Source: Tubulanus polymorphus (taxonomy: Eukaryota > Animalia > Nemertea). Taken from it: DNA of 64,000 nt. Shown here piece by piece: positions 52,993 through 64,000 of this stretch. How positions within the stretch are numbered: the stretch's first letter is position 1; each line of letters opens with the position of its first letter. The stretch is taken from the NCBI RefSeq assembly GCF_964204645.1, contig NC_134028.1, forward strand, positions 6,448,001 to 6,512,000, written 5' to 3'. The position numbers and the translations under genes are program-made. Below the pieces are notes generated by a model. The model did no database searches, was not told where the DNA came from, and worked only from the letters and a program-made list of their open reading frames with translations.

Positions 52993-53976
52993 CTGTCAAG
53001 AGTTATACTAGGTGTGGCACAAAGGACAATTTATGGCCTGTTCGCGTTCACTAGGATTTATTTGTCATAAAATGGACTACTGGGTATTATCACTGCAACC
53101 ATCGTTTTCCAATACAAAGAGGTACGAGTATGTACTAAAGAAACCTTTTTGAACGTATTATTTTCGACTTTCCAGATACTGCACAATATTCGAGGTAAAT
53201 CCATGGAATCTTGAGTTTTTTGTCCCATAACACATCATAATCCAGTATAGTAGTTCCATTTTGTCAAAACATACTTAAATATTGCGGCTATGTTTGGACA
53301 AAATATATGGATTCAACACACCATATATTTTAGTTCCTGTTTTTTTTCAGAGCTGAAATTGAATAGAAAATCAAATTAGATTATTGGCCTATATATGACA
53401 CACAACCATTATTATCTAGGTACACATGCAGCTCATAACAGAGGAAACCTCATTCAAATGAACATGAATCTCAATTAAATATTTTGTCCCGAATGGGAAA
53501 GAATTTCGACAACTGGATTTATTGTATCGAATTCTTGACCATTGATTTATGGATTAATACATATTATGGGGCTATCACTTAATGGAAACCCTTAACCCTT
53601 TCGCTCCAAGATATAGTTCACACCCTGTACCAAATGGCATTAACCTATTCTAGATGATTTAGAGTAGACCATCTTCCGCTAATCAATTAACACCTATGTA
53701 CCGTGTAGTAGTGTGCCGTGCTGTACTAGTACAATTTTATAGCCGACCAAAACCTCAGTCGCTTTGGTAAAACGATAGGCAAAATCAGCAGACGAAATTT
53801 TGGTCACTATTGCCATTGAAGAACAGGTTAAATCTGTTGTGAAGAGCACAGAGGCCCTACAGCAGAACACTTTGAAGACTAAAAGTTAAGAAACTTTAAT
53901 CAATTCTTAAACTTCCAATCTGGGATTAATCTAAAAATTCAAAATGTTTTTTTACCCAGTGATCGAAATTTCTCAT

Positions 53977-54246
53977 TTAGTCGTCGTCGTCATCCGATGG
54001 GACAAAAATATCATTTTCCTCGAGGAATTCGGCGCCTTCTTTAGCAGCAGTGGCGCCGAGGTAGAGAAATGGAATAACAGCCACCATCACTTTCAAGACT
54101 CCTAATCGAGTGCGCTTTGGTTCGTGTAACAGACTACCTGATGACGAATAAACTGACGTACGGACTGGCACTACCGTCACGGCATTGGCTCGCACGGTAG
54201 CAATCGATTTTGACAGTCTGAAAATTTTGACAATGTTGGTAGCCAT
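53977..54246 (-). CDS. SMDT1: Essential MCU regulator (EMRE), 89 aa, uninterrupted CDS
   Basis: A mitochondrial-presequence-like N-terminus, 'SGSLLHEPK..RLG', one TM (VIPFLYLGATAAK) and the EMRE-diagnostic acidic tail 'FLEENDIFVPSDDDDD'. Confidence 0.96.
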   Translation of the reverse strand: MATNIVKIFRLSKSIATVRANAVTVVPVRTSVYSSSGSLLHEPKRTRLGVLKVMVAVIPFLYLGATAAKEGAEFLEENDIFVPSDDDDD

Positions 54247-54726
54247 GTTGATGTTTAGTAGCCTTGATATCTAATACTCAATTACCAGGGTTGACTTTCG
54301 ATGATCCGAAATTTCGTTTTGAAGGCGTATTTTCTTTCACGCAGCAAACTCAGTGGAAGGCTGACTTTTTCGAAACTTAAATTTCAACGTGGACTATTGA
54401 ATGAACCAAAAGTCCTTACTCCAACGCCGCTATTTGTCGTCGGGGAGACAAAAATAGCAAGTTTGGGCCCATAGATTGTCAAACTCGGGCAACGACCTTG
54501 GGATATTAGCGGATCTTCATTGAAATTCAATTTAGATTTTATTGATCTTATTATCAATCATTGAAATTGTCAATAAATTATGTTATAAAAAATGATTCGG
54601 ATACAAAAGAGAGGCATCCGATTTGATTATAAGATCATGTATTCATACATTTGTCAATAAATTAACGATTTAACGAATATAGAACGGCGTCTGGGTGGAG
54701 AAATTGTAGAGACTAACTTTCAATTA
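54247..54726. promoter_or_regulatory. Probable bidirectional promoter SMDT1/UBE2O (480 bp between ATGs)
   Basis: Divergent start codons at 54246 (-) and 54727 (+). Confidence 0.55.
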
Positions 54727-57700
54727 ATGGCGATGGAGTACAGTGTGTTTCCGGAGGATGAGGTTTACAAATACTCGAAAGGCGGGGTCGTGTTCGGCTT
54801 GCTGGTTCAAACTGGCGAATTCGTCAGCAGCGACGAAGAGGATGAAAATGATGAAGAATACCCGACGCTCAAAAAAGGCATGGTCAGCGTCGCCTGGTAC
54901 CCGAGAGGCAACGAGGAAGTCGTCAATCCGAATCAGGTAATTATCAAATCAATCAAATTCAATCATGCGCGACCACAAGCTGCTACTTAGATATACGTAT
55001 CCTATCCACTACTACCACAGTGTGTCACATCATGGTATAATTCTATTTCAACCTGACTTGAGAGCATTCCGGGTGGCCTAGCTTGCTAATTTTTGGTAGT
55101 CGCAAATTTTAATGCATGTCATTTATTCACAATTAATTTGACAGTTTATTAAAGAGTCAATGAGGTGTGACAAAAAATTAGGACGCACTCCACTAGCTAG
55201 GAGTTTGTGAAAGAACTGAGGGATTTGGCATATTTTACTAGTCTTTTATTATCAGTGAAGCATAAATCTTCCAGACCGGATTAGATAGGGCCTAGGCCTT
55301 ATGGCTTAATGCTCCAAATTGGATTCCAGTCAAGTTGGCTATTGTTCTTTGCCCTGGTAATCGATTCATTTTTTCTTTTAGGCCTATAACTTTATTTCAA
55401 AATCCCAGAACTCTTTCAAAATCCTCTGAATTCCTTATTGCTGAATTCATTATTCTATGGGTAATGATAGGCCCTGGTGAAGTTAGATTTAATTATTGGG
55501 CCTGTAGCCCATAGCGTCTTCTTTAATAGGGACCAATGGTATAAGCCTATGAGTTCTTAATTTTATTGTAATGATCTGTGTCTAGTTATATTAGGCCTAC
55601 CAGGCTGATGATCTCTTACAACAGCTGGTGCCTGCTGAAGAGTTGAACAGCTGCAACCATTTTAGAAAAAATATAGAAAAATTAATAATTTCATCGTATT
55701 AGTCTTCAAGATAATAACAATAATCAAGGATGTACCGGGTATTAGCCTGGATATCTAGACCCATAGAAACCTGTTGATGATTGCTGTATTATTCCAATGA
55801 GAAAGCAATTTAGATTGTATTATTCATTCTGATATTGATATTAGGCCTAACAGTTTTTACGTCCTGGTAGGCCTAGGCCTACATGTAGATCTAGGATGCC
55901 CTTCCAAAAGCCAGCCAAAATGATGAATGTATGTTTTTTGGTGGGCACTTGTCATAGCCACCTGGAGCTGCCTCTAATAGTCACTTTTAAAAGTTTTGAA
56001 AAGTTTCTTCCCCCTTCTCAGTGTTCTCCACAACAGGTTTTAGAGCGGCGGCCATCCCTTTCATTTTTACAATCCAAAAAATCAGAAAATCAGCCCCCCC
56101 CCAAATCTGCTGCCCCTACCAAAGTGGATGTCAATATTCTAGTAATGCTGATAATTGCTTTGAACTCAATCCTATATCGAGCTAATGTGAAAAATAGAAG
56201 ATTACACCAAAATTTAGCTTGATTTTCTGTATTTTGTTGGGTGGGATCGAAAGCCTTGCTACTTCAGCAGCCACGATGTCATACTTTTTAATGAATGCAG
56301 CCCCTATTTCCAGTATACGGAGAACGCTGTTCCTAACCATTGAGGAACTATTTATTGAATTTAAAATTTTTGTTTTTAGAACGATGAATTAACGGGGCTT
56401 AATCCTAATGATATTTTGTAGCTGTACTGCTCGGATCGTTCGTTGATGCCGGGAGATTCGGTGCGACGTATGATCTCTGGTAAAAACAGTCAACGAGGAT
56501 GCGTTAAAGATATTCGCATGATGACACATCTACAAGTGCTCGCTACCGATACCGTCATACTCAATGTCGACAGTAAAAACCTGTTTTCTATACACGTAAG
56601 TTTTCGTTAATTCTTACAGCTACGACTATACAACTAATTAAACTCTATATTCAATTAAGTGAACACAGTCTATAGCCGCGATCGAGCATTTTTGGCCCGT
56701 GCCAAATTGTGGCCCGGCACAACTGTTCACAAGTGCCAAATGGGCCCGAGCCGAATTTCAGCACCAGACAAATGATTGCGTTTGAATTAATTGCAACTGG
56801 CACTGGAAATGATCCACTTTGCTTCGAGCATTGGTTAGTATCGAGTGAATCGTTTGCGTCTGAACACGCTCCCTAATTAGGCACGGGCCAAATTTGGCCC
56901 GAGCCTGATCCATGCCAATTTGGCCCGGGCCAAATCGTCTCCGTGTGTGGCTTATAATGACTATATATGTTAATTTAGGCCTATTCAATATTGTCACGAA
57001 GCGTGGTCCAGTTGAGGGAACACTGATTGTTGACTGTCCACGAAAAGAACGTTTTTAACCCATACAGCACGTATCCTCAATTTCCCCTCTGCACCCTGGA
57101 CTACTTTGTGGGTTCCTGCACTCAGCACTCAGCAGGCCCGTTGTATTGGGGAGTTCGGGGTTATAAGAAAACTTATTTCCGCTATTTTTTAATTCAAATG
57201 TACAATTAAGCTATGTGACACAACATGGTACTTCTGACTCCTTGATTCCTTAAAAAACTCGTTCTAAACAGAAAATGCTTTTAAAAGTGCTTGAAACTCC
57301 TCGAATTTGAGTTAAATGCCCAAACCTCCTATAAAACACACTCTATTTTGAGAAATAGGCGATTAGAAATGTTTGTAGTGGTGCAGAAAACTATGCCTGA
57401 ATTGTTACAGTTGGGACCAGAATTGCTTACCGACGGTTACCGAATTGGAGTTTATTTAGGTTGAAGGATAAAATTTGCTTGCATAGTATGACGTATAACC
57501 TGTAGCCTGTATCGGATACAGGCTACAGGCGATACAGGCTACAGGTTATATCGTGAAACTACGAGAGAAGGTATTATCGGTATTACAGGAATGGGATTTT
57601 GAACCGGGTTTAGTGACGATGGACTCGTGGGTTGGTAACGTAGAATATCCCCAGCAACTGGTAACAGTCAAGTTCAATGACGGAGCCGTGTAAGTACAGG

Positions 57701-60700
57701 TCTCTCTTCTTAATTAATCATTCATCATGAATTTACACTCAACTAAGAGAAAAATATCAAAATATAGCAAGTAAATTGCGAAGTTTACTGTTATTTCTTA
57801 ACAGGAAGTTTTCATCTTTGACAGATGGGTGTTTTGGGGGATTTTAGGATATAATCGCCCGAAGCAGTGTTCTCCATATGATGGAATTTTAAAGGGGCTG
57901 CATTCATTGTTTAGTGTATAACATCGTGCCTAAAAGGAGTGGCCGTCCCTCTAAAACCTGGAGAGAACACTGCCCTTAGAATGTAAGGAGAGTGTTGATG
58001 AATGTTATTTAACAGTTTACAGGTGGCTGATATAGTATTAAGCGACTTCACGGATTTGTACGATATCCATGAAAAACGTGATTCAGTAAGTCAGCTCGAA
58101 TTGATGATATCAATTAGGCCTGATTCATATTTGATTGGATTTTTATGACAAGTGCATGTTTATCGCATACCATATATCGCAAATCTATTCCATTCGTAAA
58201 GAACTACCGATATAAATTCATGTTGAAGTAAGGGTAATTTTCTATGACCTGTATTAATGAATATTCACAGGAATCTCCGTTTTCGAATTCGAATCATTAC
58301 CTCGGACAAGTGCTCGAAGGCTGTTGGCATTTAATGCAGATCGACGACGATTCCGAGTTGAAGTGGATTCATCAAACGAAAGTACATTGCGCGTCTGCTG
58401 CCCAGAAAACGAATGAAAAGTCATTCAAACTTACGGTTATTGATGTAAGTAGATCAATTGGGCTAAAAGAATAAAAGGGCGACACTAGGTTTTACCCAGT
58501 GAAAGGGTTAACTCTTTGGTTGCTTTGGTTATCTTAATATCATCGTTCAAATTAACAGATCGAGATTTTGAGCGTCGAGGTGCATTGGATGTGTCGCGGT
58601 TACGCTACGGTCGAAAATCCCGACGACAAACTGACACCCCCTCCCCGGATATTGAAAGGTGATGATATTAAGAAGTGAGTTTAGAAAACTGAATCTGTGT
58701 CGACATGCTTTAGATATAATTTACTTTCCGGAGTTAGTTACTAACGATGGAAATAAGGAATGTTTTTGGAAATATGGGTTTTAAAGTGCCTAAGCTGTTA
58801 AGAATAAGAAATTTTGTAAGACGTTCAATAAAGTCTGGTATTAGCCCCTAGGTTTTCTTAAGTCCAATGCAAATGACGCAGGGAAACAGGAGATAGAAAC
58901 ATGTTTCCGAGCATTTCCCTGTGTCATGTGTGTTTACAAGAAATATGGTTTCTGAAACAATGTTTCTGAGATCAAACATTTTTGATTCTGTGTTTCCCTG
59001 CATCGTGTATGAATTGGGCTTCATAGCTACATATTATTTCTCAGTAAATATAGATGGTTTTGAACTGTCGGAATATAGGACGCTTTCTCACTTTCTTTCT
59101 CTTTTTGTCATTCAATTGTAGATTGAAGAAATTCAATAATTTCGAACACCTGACCGTTCAAATCGGCGATAAAAGTTATTACACCGTTCAACAATCGGAC
59201 GTTTTACATCAAGTTCAAGCGAAGCGAAACAGCAACATTTTGAACACGATGGCGAAATCGGGATTCATAAATTGCGTGAAACCGGAATTGTTGAACTCAA
59301 CGACGACTAAAAACGATAATCGCCGAAACGCTCGCAATATATTACCCAATTCCGAAGTGATCGATGCTTCCGGTCGCAATGATAATACGACAGCGCCATC
59401 TGGTGACAATTCAATGAGCATGAGAACTTCGTCTGCCGCCGACAGCGTAGATGAGGCCGCTGTCAACGCGAGCGGGGATTTAGTGAACGGCTTGATCGAC
59501 GGCGCTTCTGACGTAGGTGACGATGATGACGACGATGAGGAAGATGACGGAATGGACGCCGATAAGGAAGACGACGATGTCAGCGAAGCAGAATCGGGCG
59601 AGGACCTGGCGAGTAAACGACGCAAATCGACGAACCGGCGCACTGGACCGCCGACATTGAAGACGCGCGGATTGCGAAATCGCCGTTTCAAAAAGGGTGG
59701 CCGATCGTTGCGACGGTTCGTGAAAGAGGAGCCGCGAGTCGTCGGCGCCGGAGACCGCGTGGCCGTCGAGGTTCTATACACGCGTTCGTTCGTCGACGTT
59801 TTGTGGCAAGACGGGACGGTCGAAACGGGTATCGAATCGCCCGAACTTTATCCCGTTCAACACATCGACGAACAAGAATTCTTCCCCGGTGATTTCGTCG
59901 TACGGAATAAAGGTAAATTTGTAATGATATTTGCGGACGAATAAATAGATTGATTTTTTCTATGACAAGGGTGGACACTGGAAAATTCAGGGAGTCAGAA
60001 AAATCTAGAAATAATCAGGGAAAATTCAGGGAAATTTGACAAATTGTGTAAAAAAAACATTATTATATATACTGCTATCATGGATGGAATGAGGCCTGGA
60101 AAACCAGAAATACAGGGAATCAGATAAATCTTGAAGTAATCAGGGGAAATTTGACAAATTTTGCAAAAAATAACTGTTGACTCATTACAAAGTATTATTA
60201 AATTCTGCTATATATTATACGCACATCTCATGGATGGAAGGAGGCCTGATAGAGGTGCCTGATTGGTGTCCTACAGTTGTTCTACGTTGTTTACATTTTT
60301 CTAGTGGATGAAGTTTGTCCGACTGACGACTACGGTGTCGTCATGAAAGTTGATCACGAAGCTCGGACGTGTTTGGTCAAATGGTGCAAACCGTACCAAG
60401 TTGGTAAAGCTAACAGGTGATGATCAACTAACTGCAGCATCGTGATATATTTAGATCTTTTTAAGTTCCTTCGAAGATTATCTAAGAAATTTAGATATTT
60501 ATCTCAATCTGGCTCGGGTTTAATCTCCGGTTTTATTTTTCAGACCAGATGAATCGATTGTACCGGAGGAGATGAGTTTCTACGATCTGAAAGAACATCC
60601 CGATTACCAGTTCAGTCCTGATCAAGTGGTTGTCAGAGTCGGTGGTTATGAGGTAAATGACTTCCTGGTTGAGTTAAGCACCGGGTTAGGTCCAACATTT

Positions 60701-63700
60701 TTTTGAAACTATTCACTAAAAGAATAATCTCAAAAGATTGACTAAGCTAAGATTTACTGATTAGGTAATTTTCATAGTCTCATATTACAATGAAATGTTC
60801 CTAAAAACCTGTGAAAGCTCTACTCAATGTAAAGATGTACCGTAACTATACTGGTTAGATTCTCTTCTACTATTTCAGGGAATGAACTCTCCGCATGCCG
60901 CAGCTGGTCAGATAATGGAAGTCATACCGGATGGAACTATACGTATTAGTTGGGCGGATAAGACGATATCGAGTGCTTACCCTCAGGAAATATACTATGT
61001 CAACGATGAGGTAAGCACGTCAGGTACGCCGCAATATTCAGGGACGAAAATCTTCCGACCATAGACAGATTTCCGACCTATTCTTCCATTTTCTTCATTC
61101 CTGAGATCAGTGTAAATTGCCTCAATCACGCAGAGCGCTCCATAGTTAGGCGTGCTCCTTAAGATGGTTTTTGGCGGTAGTTAGAACAATTGTGGAGTCG
61201 GAGAAACCAATATGGTGTCTCATTCGAGAAGCGGCTCTAATTCAGAATATTTTCCGACTTTTTCAATAAGGGCTGTTTTCATCCCTGAATATAGTACTTA
61301 GTTCATTTTGTGTCCGGGCAAAAAGCATATCTGAAATACTGTTGTTGTAGATGTCACTAGGGAGTAGTGAAGACGATATCGAAAGTGATTCAGAGCACAG
61401 CGATAGTAGCGTGGATAGCTGGCAGACGGAAGACGAACAAACCGATCCTGAATCGCAAGACGATGCGAATCAAGATAAAAATGGGTACTTGTGCTTTTCA
61501 AAATTTCGCGATGAATTTGTATATACCGATAAACGATGTAAATGAATCCATAATTCTTCTGAAATCGTATGTATTATTGATAGAAATTGTACCATGCGTA
61601 TATTGACCTGACTACCATTAATATTTGAGTGTAGTATTTTAGAGACTACTCTAAAGAATTCAATTTCTACAAAATTTATCGAAATAATTAAACATCAGAA
61701 TAATTTCTAGCTCATTTTCAATTAAACTAGAGCAGAACTCTTAATTCGGATTTTTCAATTCGGAATTTAAACCCGTTGGAGCCCGGTAACGACGATGCCA
61801 AATCTATAGACTTTCATTTTTAATTCCAGCGTCGTGATCGTCGACATGAAAGCCGAACTGAAAATCGAAATCGACGACAGTTTAGATCGCGCGCGCGAGC
61901 TCATCGAAAAACTCGAATTGTACTTCCAAAACGAGAACGACGTCCAGGGCCACCTCGCGGATTCGTACCGGACTATATTACGCGCGAACAAGTGTTGCAT
62001 GGAATACGACGGCGTCAGCGGTTTGAATTTCTTCAGCGATCCGAACACGGCGCTCGTCAACACGATGAACAAGATAAAAAAAGAGGTGCGCAAAGAGAAG
62101 GTTCTGAAAATGAAAAAGCAGGTAATGCAATTGTATCGCGCGAATACGGGTTGCTCGGACGTTCCGGAATCGAACGACGCTGGAAAAAAATTGGACGAAT
62201 CGAACGCCGCCGAACGAGTGAATAACGGTCTTCCAGACGGCGATGGAGGATGCTGTGATTTGCTGTCATCGACTGAAAATTGCGAGAATGATAAAAACTG
62301 TGCCGTTTCGACGGATAGCTGCAATGAAAAAAGCGACACGACAAGTCGAAAATGTTCATCGAAGCAGCGACCAAAGAATCTGGCGATCGTGCAGCCATGC
62401 GCGGTATCAGCAGCGGATGACTGCGCCACGGTCGGCGACGAAAGTCTCGACGAGCGAAAATGCGTGAAAGATTCGAGCGACGAACGCGAAACCGACGTGC
62501 CGTTGTCGCAGATCGATCCGCGCAAAGCGAAGCAACTGTGTTTGAAAGCGTGTCACTGTTTGAAAGAGCAGATCGAGAAATTTCAAACGGAACTCAATCG
62601 CGTTTGGATGGAGAAGGTGTGGTCGCAGCGGCAGGGTCACGGCGGCGGCGAGGGGAATAATGAAGAGGAAAATATGAATGAAGAGGAAATGGAGATATCG
62701 GTGAAGAATACGATAGCGGGGTTAGTGAGTAACGCGGTCGCGGCGATCGAAGAGTCGCTGTCGCTTCCTACACCTGTTACTCCGATTACGGCGTCAAAAT
62801 TATTGAGTCCTCTCAGTCCGGACCCTTCGCTACCAATGCCTGAATTAGAAGAACGTAAGTTTCGAAAAATACCTGGTGCCCCTTAATTATTTTCTATCTA
62901 GTTATCGAGGTCGTTGAGTCTAGAACTTTTGCTGCTAGTATGTCAGAATAAGGGGAGTGTAAGTTAGGAATTTAACATAAGCCCTCTTCCCTAGAAGCAA
63001 TTTGGATGGTATAGTATGCCATTTGTCATTCCTGGTAGTTAGCTTTGAGTTAGAATGTAAACAACCTTTCATCAACTACCGGATACATAGTAAGTAATCG
63101 TAAAACTCTTGTGCAAATAAACTGTAGGTCATCTGAAAGTTACTAATTAATAAGCAGGTCAGGGTCCATACGACTCCTTGATTCTCCTTCAAAAACTCTT
63201 TCAAAATGGAAAATGCTTTTAAATGCACTTGAAACTCCTTTGATTTGCACAAAATGCCCGAAACTCCTTTTGAACTACTTTAATTTTGAGAAATAGGCAA
63301 TTAGAAATTTTTGTCAGGTCTGTAGTTGTACAGTAAAGACTACTCCGAAATCAACCAGGCTTACGGAATTAGAAACCAAGTTTAGGTAGCGAAAAAGGAT
63401 AGAAATTAGCTTATAGTACCGATTTAGGAGGCTAAAGTAATTGGGATATGAAAGTGATGCAGACATTTCGTCCCCTGTTGGTTAATGCTTAGATATGTCT
63501 TCTCAATCTAAACACTATAGAAAGCTTTCAAAAACTGTTAGTTCTTTGATGTTTACGAATACTGTAAAACTTACGTTGCTCGTATTATATCGACAGGGTT
63601 TACGATATTAGAAACTGCTCCCGATCATCACCGATTTAAATCCCGAGAACACGTTCCAAACGATCGAAAAGCTTTCTTCAACGCCGTTAAAAAAGAGGTC

Positions 63701-63874
63701 GGTTGGTCGGTCTTTTTAACCTCCACAATTTGAATTGAGATGAAACTTTAATGCGTCAAACTTTTTTTCTTAGATTTTCATACTGTTGTAATTTTGCCGG
63801 TTCGTTTACAGATAAAGTTATTGCGTTCAAGTCTTCCTCGCGGTATCATGGTGAAAGGATTCGAAGACCGAATG
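54727..63874 (+). CDS. UBE2O: E2/E3 hybrid ubiquitin-conjugating enzyme UBE2O, multi-exon, 3'-partial
   Basis: Exons 54727-54936, 56422-56595, 57589-57689, 58016-58085, ~58271-58444, ~58559-58674, ~59122-59912, ~60305-60416, ~60544-60652, ~60880-61010, 61351-61484, 61830-62854, 63597-63697, 63812-63874. Motifs: 'VAWYPRG', 'DRSLMPGD', 'VDVLWQDGT...ELYPVQHIDEQEFFPGDFV', 'YDLKEHPDY' and the start of the UBC domain 'LLRSSLPRGIMVKGFEDRM'. The gene continues past the window end. Confidence 0.93.
56673..56953. mobile_element. MITE, same family as 1813-2084 (opposite orientation)
   Basis: Contains GGGCCAAATTTGGCCCGAGCC and TAGTATCGAGTGA cores, with TA-rich flanks. Confidence 0.6.
57494..57550. repeat. 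Short hairpin with a duplicated arm
   Basis: TATAACCTGTAGCCTGTATC followed by two copies of GATACAGGCTACAGG, ending TTATA. Confidence 0.7.
59968..60250 (+). repeat. Repeat family AGGGTGGMCACT...CAGGGAAA with an internal duplication
   Basis: Related to ~5653-5850, ~7620-7690 (inverted) and ~22530-22750. TCATGGATGGAAKGAGGCCTG and GAAATTTGACAAATT each occur twice. Confidence 0.5.
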
Positions 63875-64000
63875 GTTTGTATTCATTTTTTTTGGTGCCC
63901 CACCTTTGCCAATTAGTTCATGATATCTGAGTTAAGACCTGTTAGTCTTTTAAGGCAAATTTATAGAAATGTACCTTATTCCGGGTACGGCACTTAACAA

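Noticed and set aside
59215-59781. 188-aa minus-strand ORF (also the 252-aa ORF at 61767-62525)
   Set aside because: These are antisense shadows of GC-rich UBE2O exons, with Ser-rich translations mirroring Asp/Glu codons.
1-64000. Prokaryotic defence system, CRISPR array or operon
   Set aside because: All genes are spliceosomal-intron eukaryotic genes. The repeats have TIR/TSD or tandem-unit structure, not repeat-spacer structure.

Overview
AT-rich, intron-rich animal genomic DNA from an invertebrate bilaterian, probably a lophotrochozoan (taxon is inference only). It is not prokaryotic: no operons, CRISPR, rRNA or tRNA were seen. I stitched GT-AG exons by hand with phase checks and recovered nine genes: HID1 (-, 3' end not found in the window), TFAM (+), CAMLG (-), SLC25A16 (+), a claudin/PMP22-superfamily tetraspan (-), a GPR156-like class C GPCR lacking a Venus-flytrap domain (-), AAAS/aladin (+), SMDT1/EMRE (-) and UBE2O (+, runs off the 3' edge). 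Three of these pairs are head-to-head with short spacers. Between TFAM and CAMLG lies a small, apparently decaying secreted CUB-domain gene that the ORF track mostly misses. Introns hold many non-autonomous DNA transposons: a P/Galileo-like foldback with a 7-bp TSD, hAT-like MITEs with 5- and 6-bp TSDs, piggyBac TTAA MITEs and a Helentron/HINE-like element with a nested insertion. The most notable observations are a TFAM with a long histone-H1-like Lys/Ala tail, the CUB pseudogene candidate, the invertebrate GPR156-like receptor and the 130-bp CAMLG/SLC25A16 bidirectional promoter. I found no convincing evidence of a wholly new biological system. Gene names come from recognising translated motifs, not from database searches.
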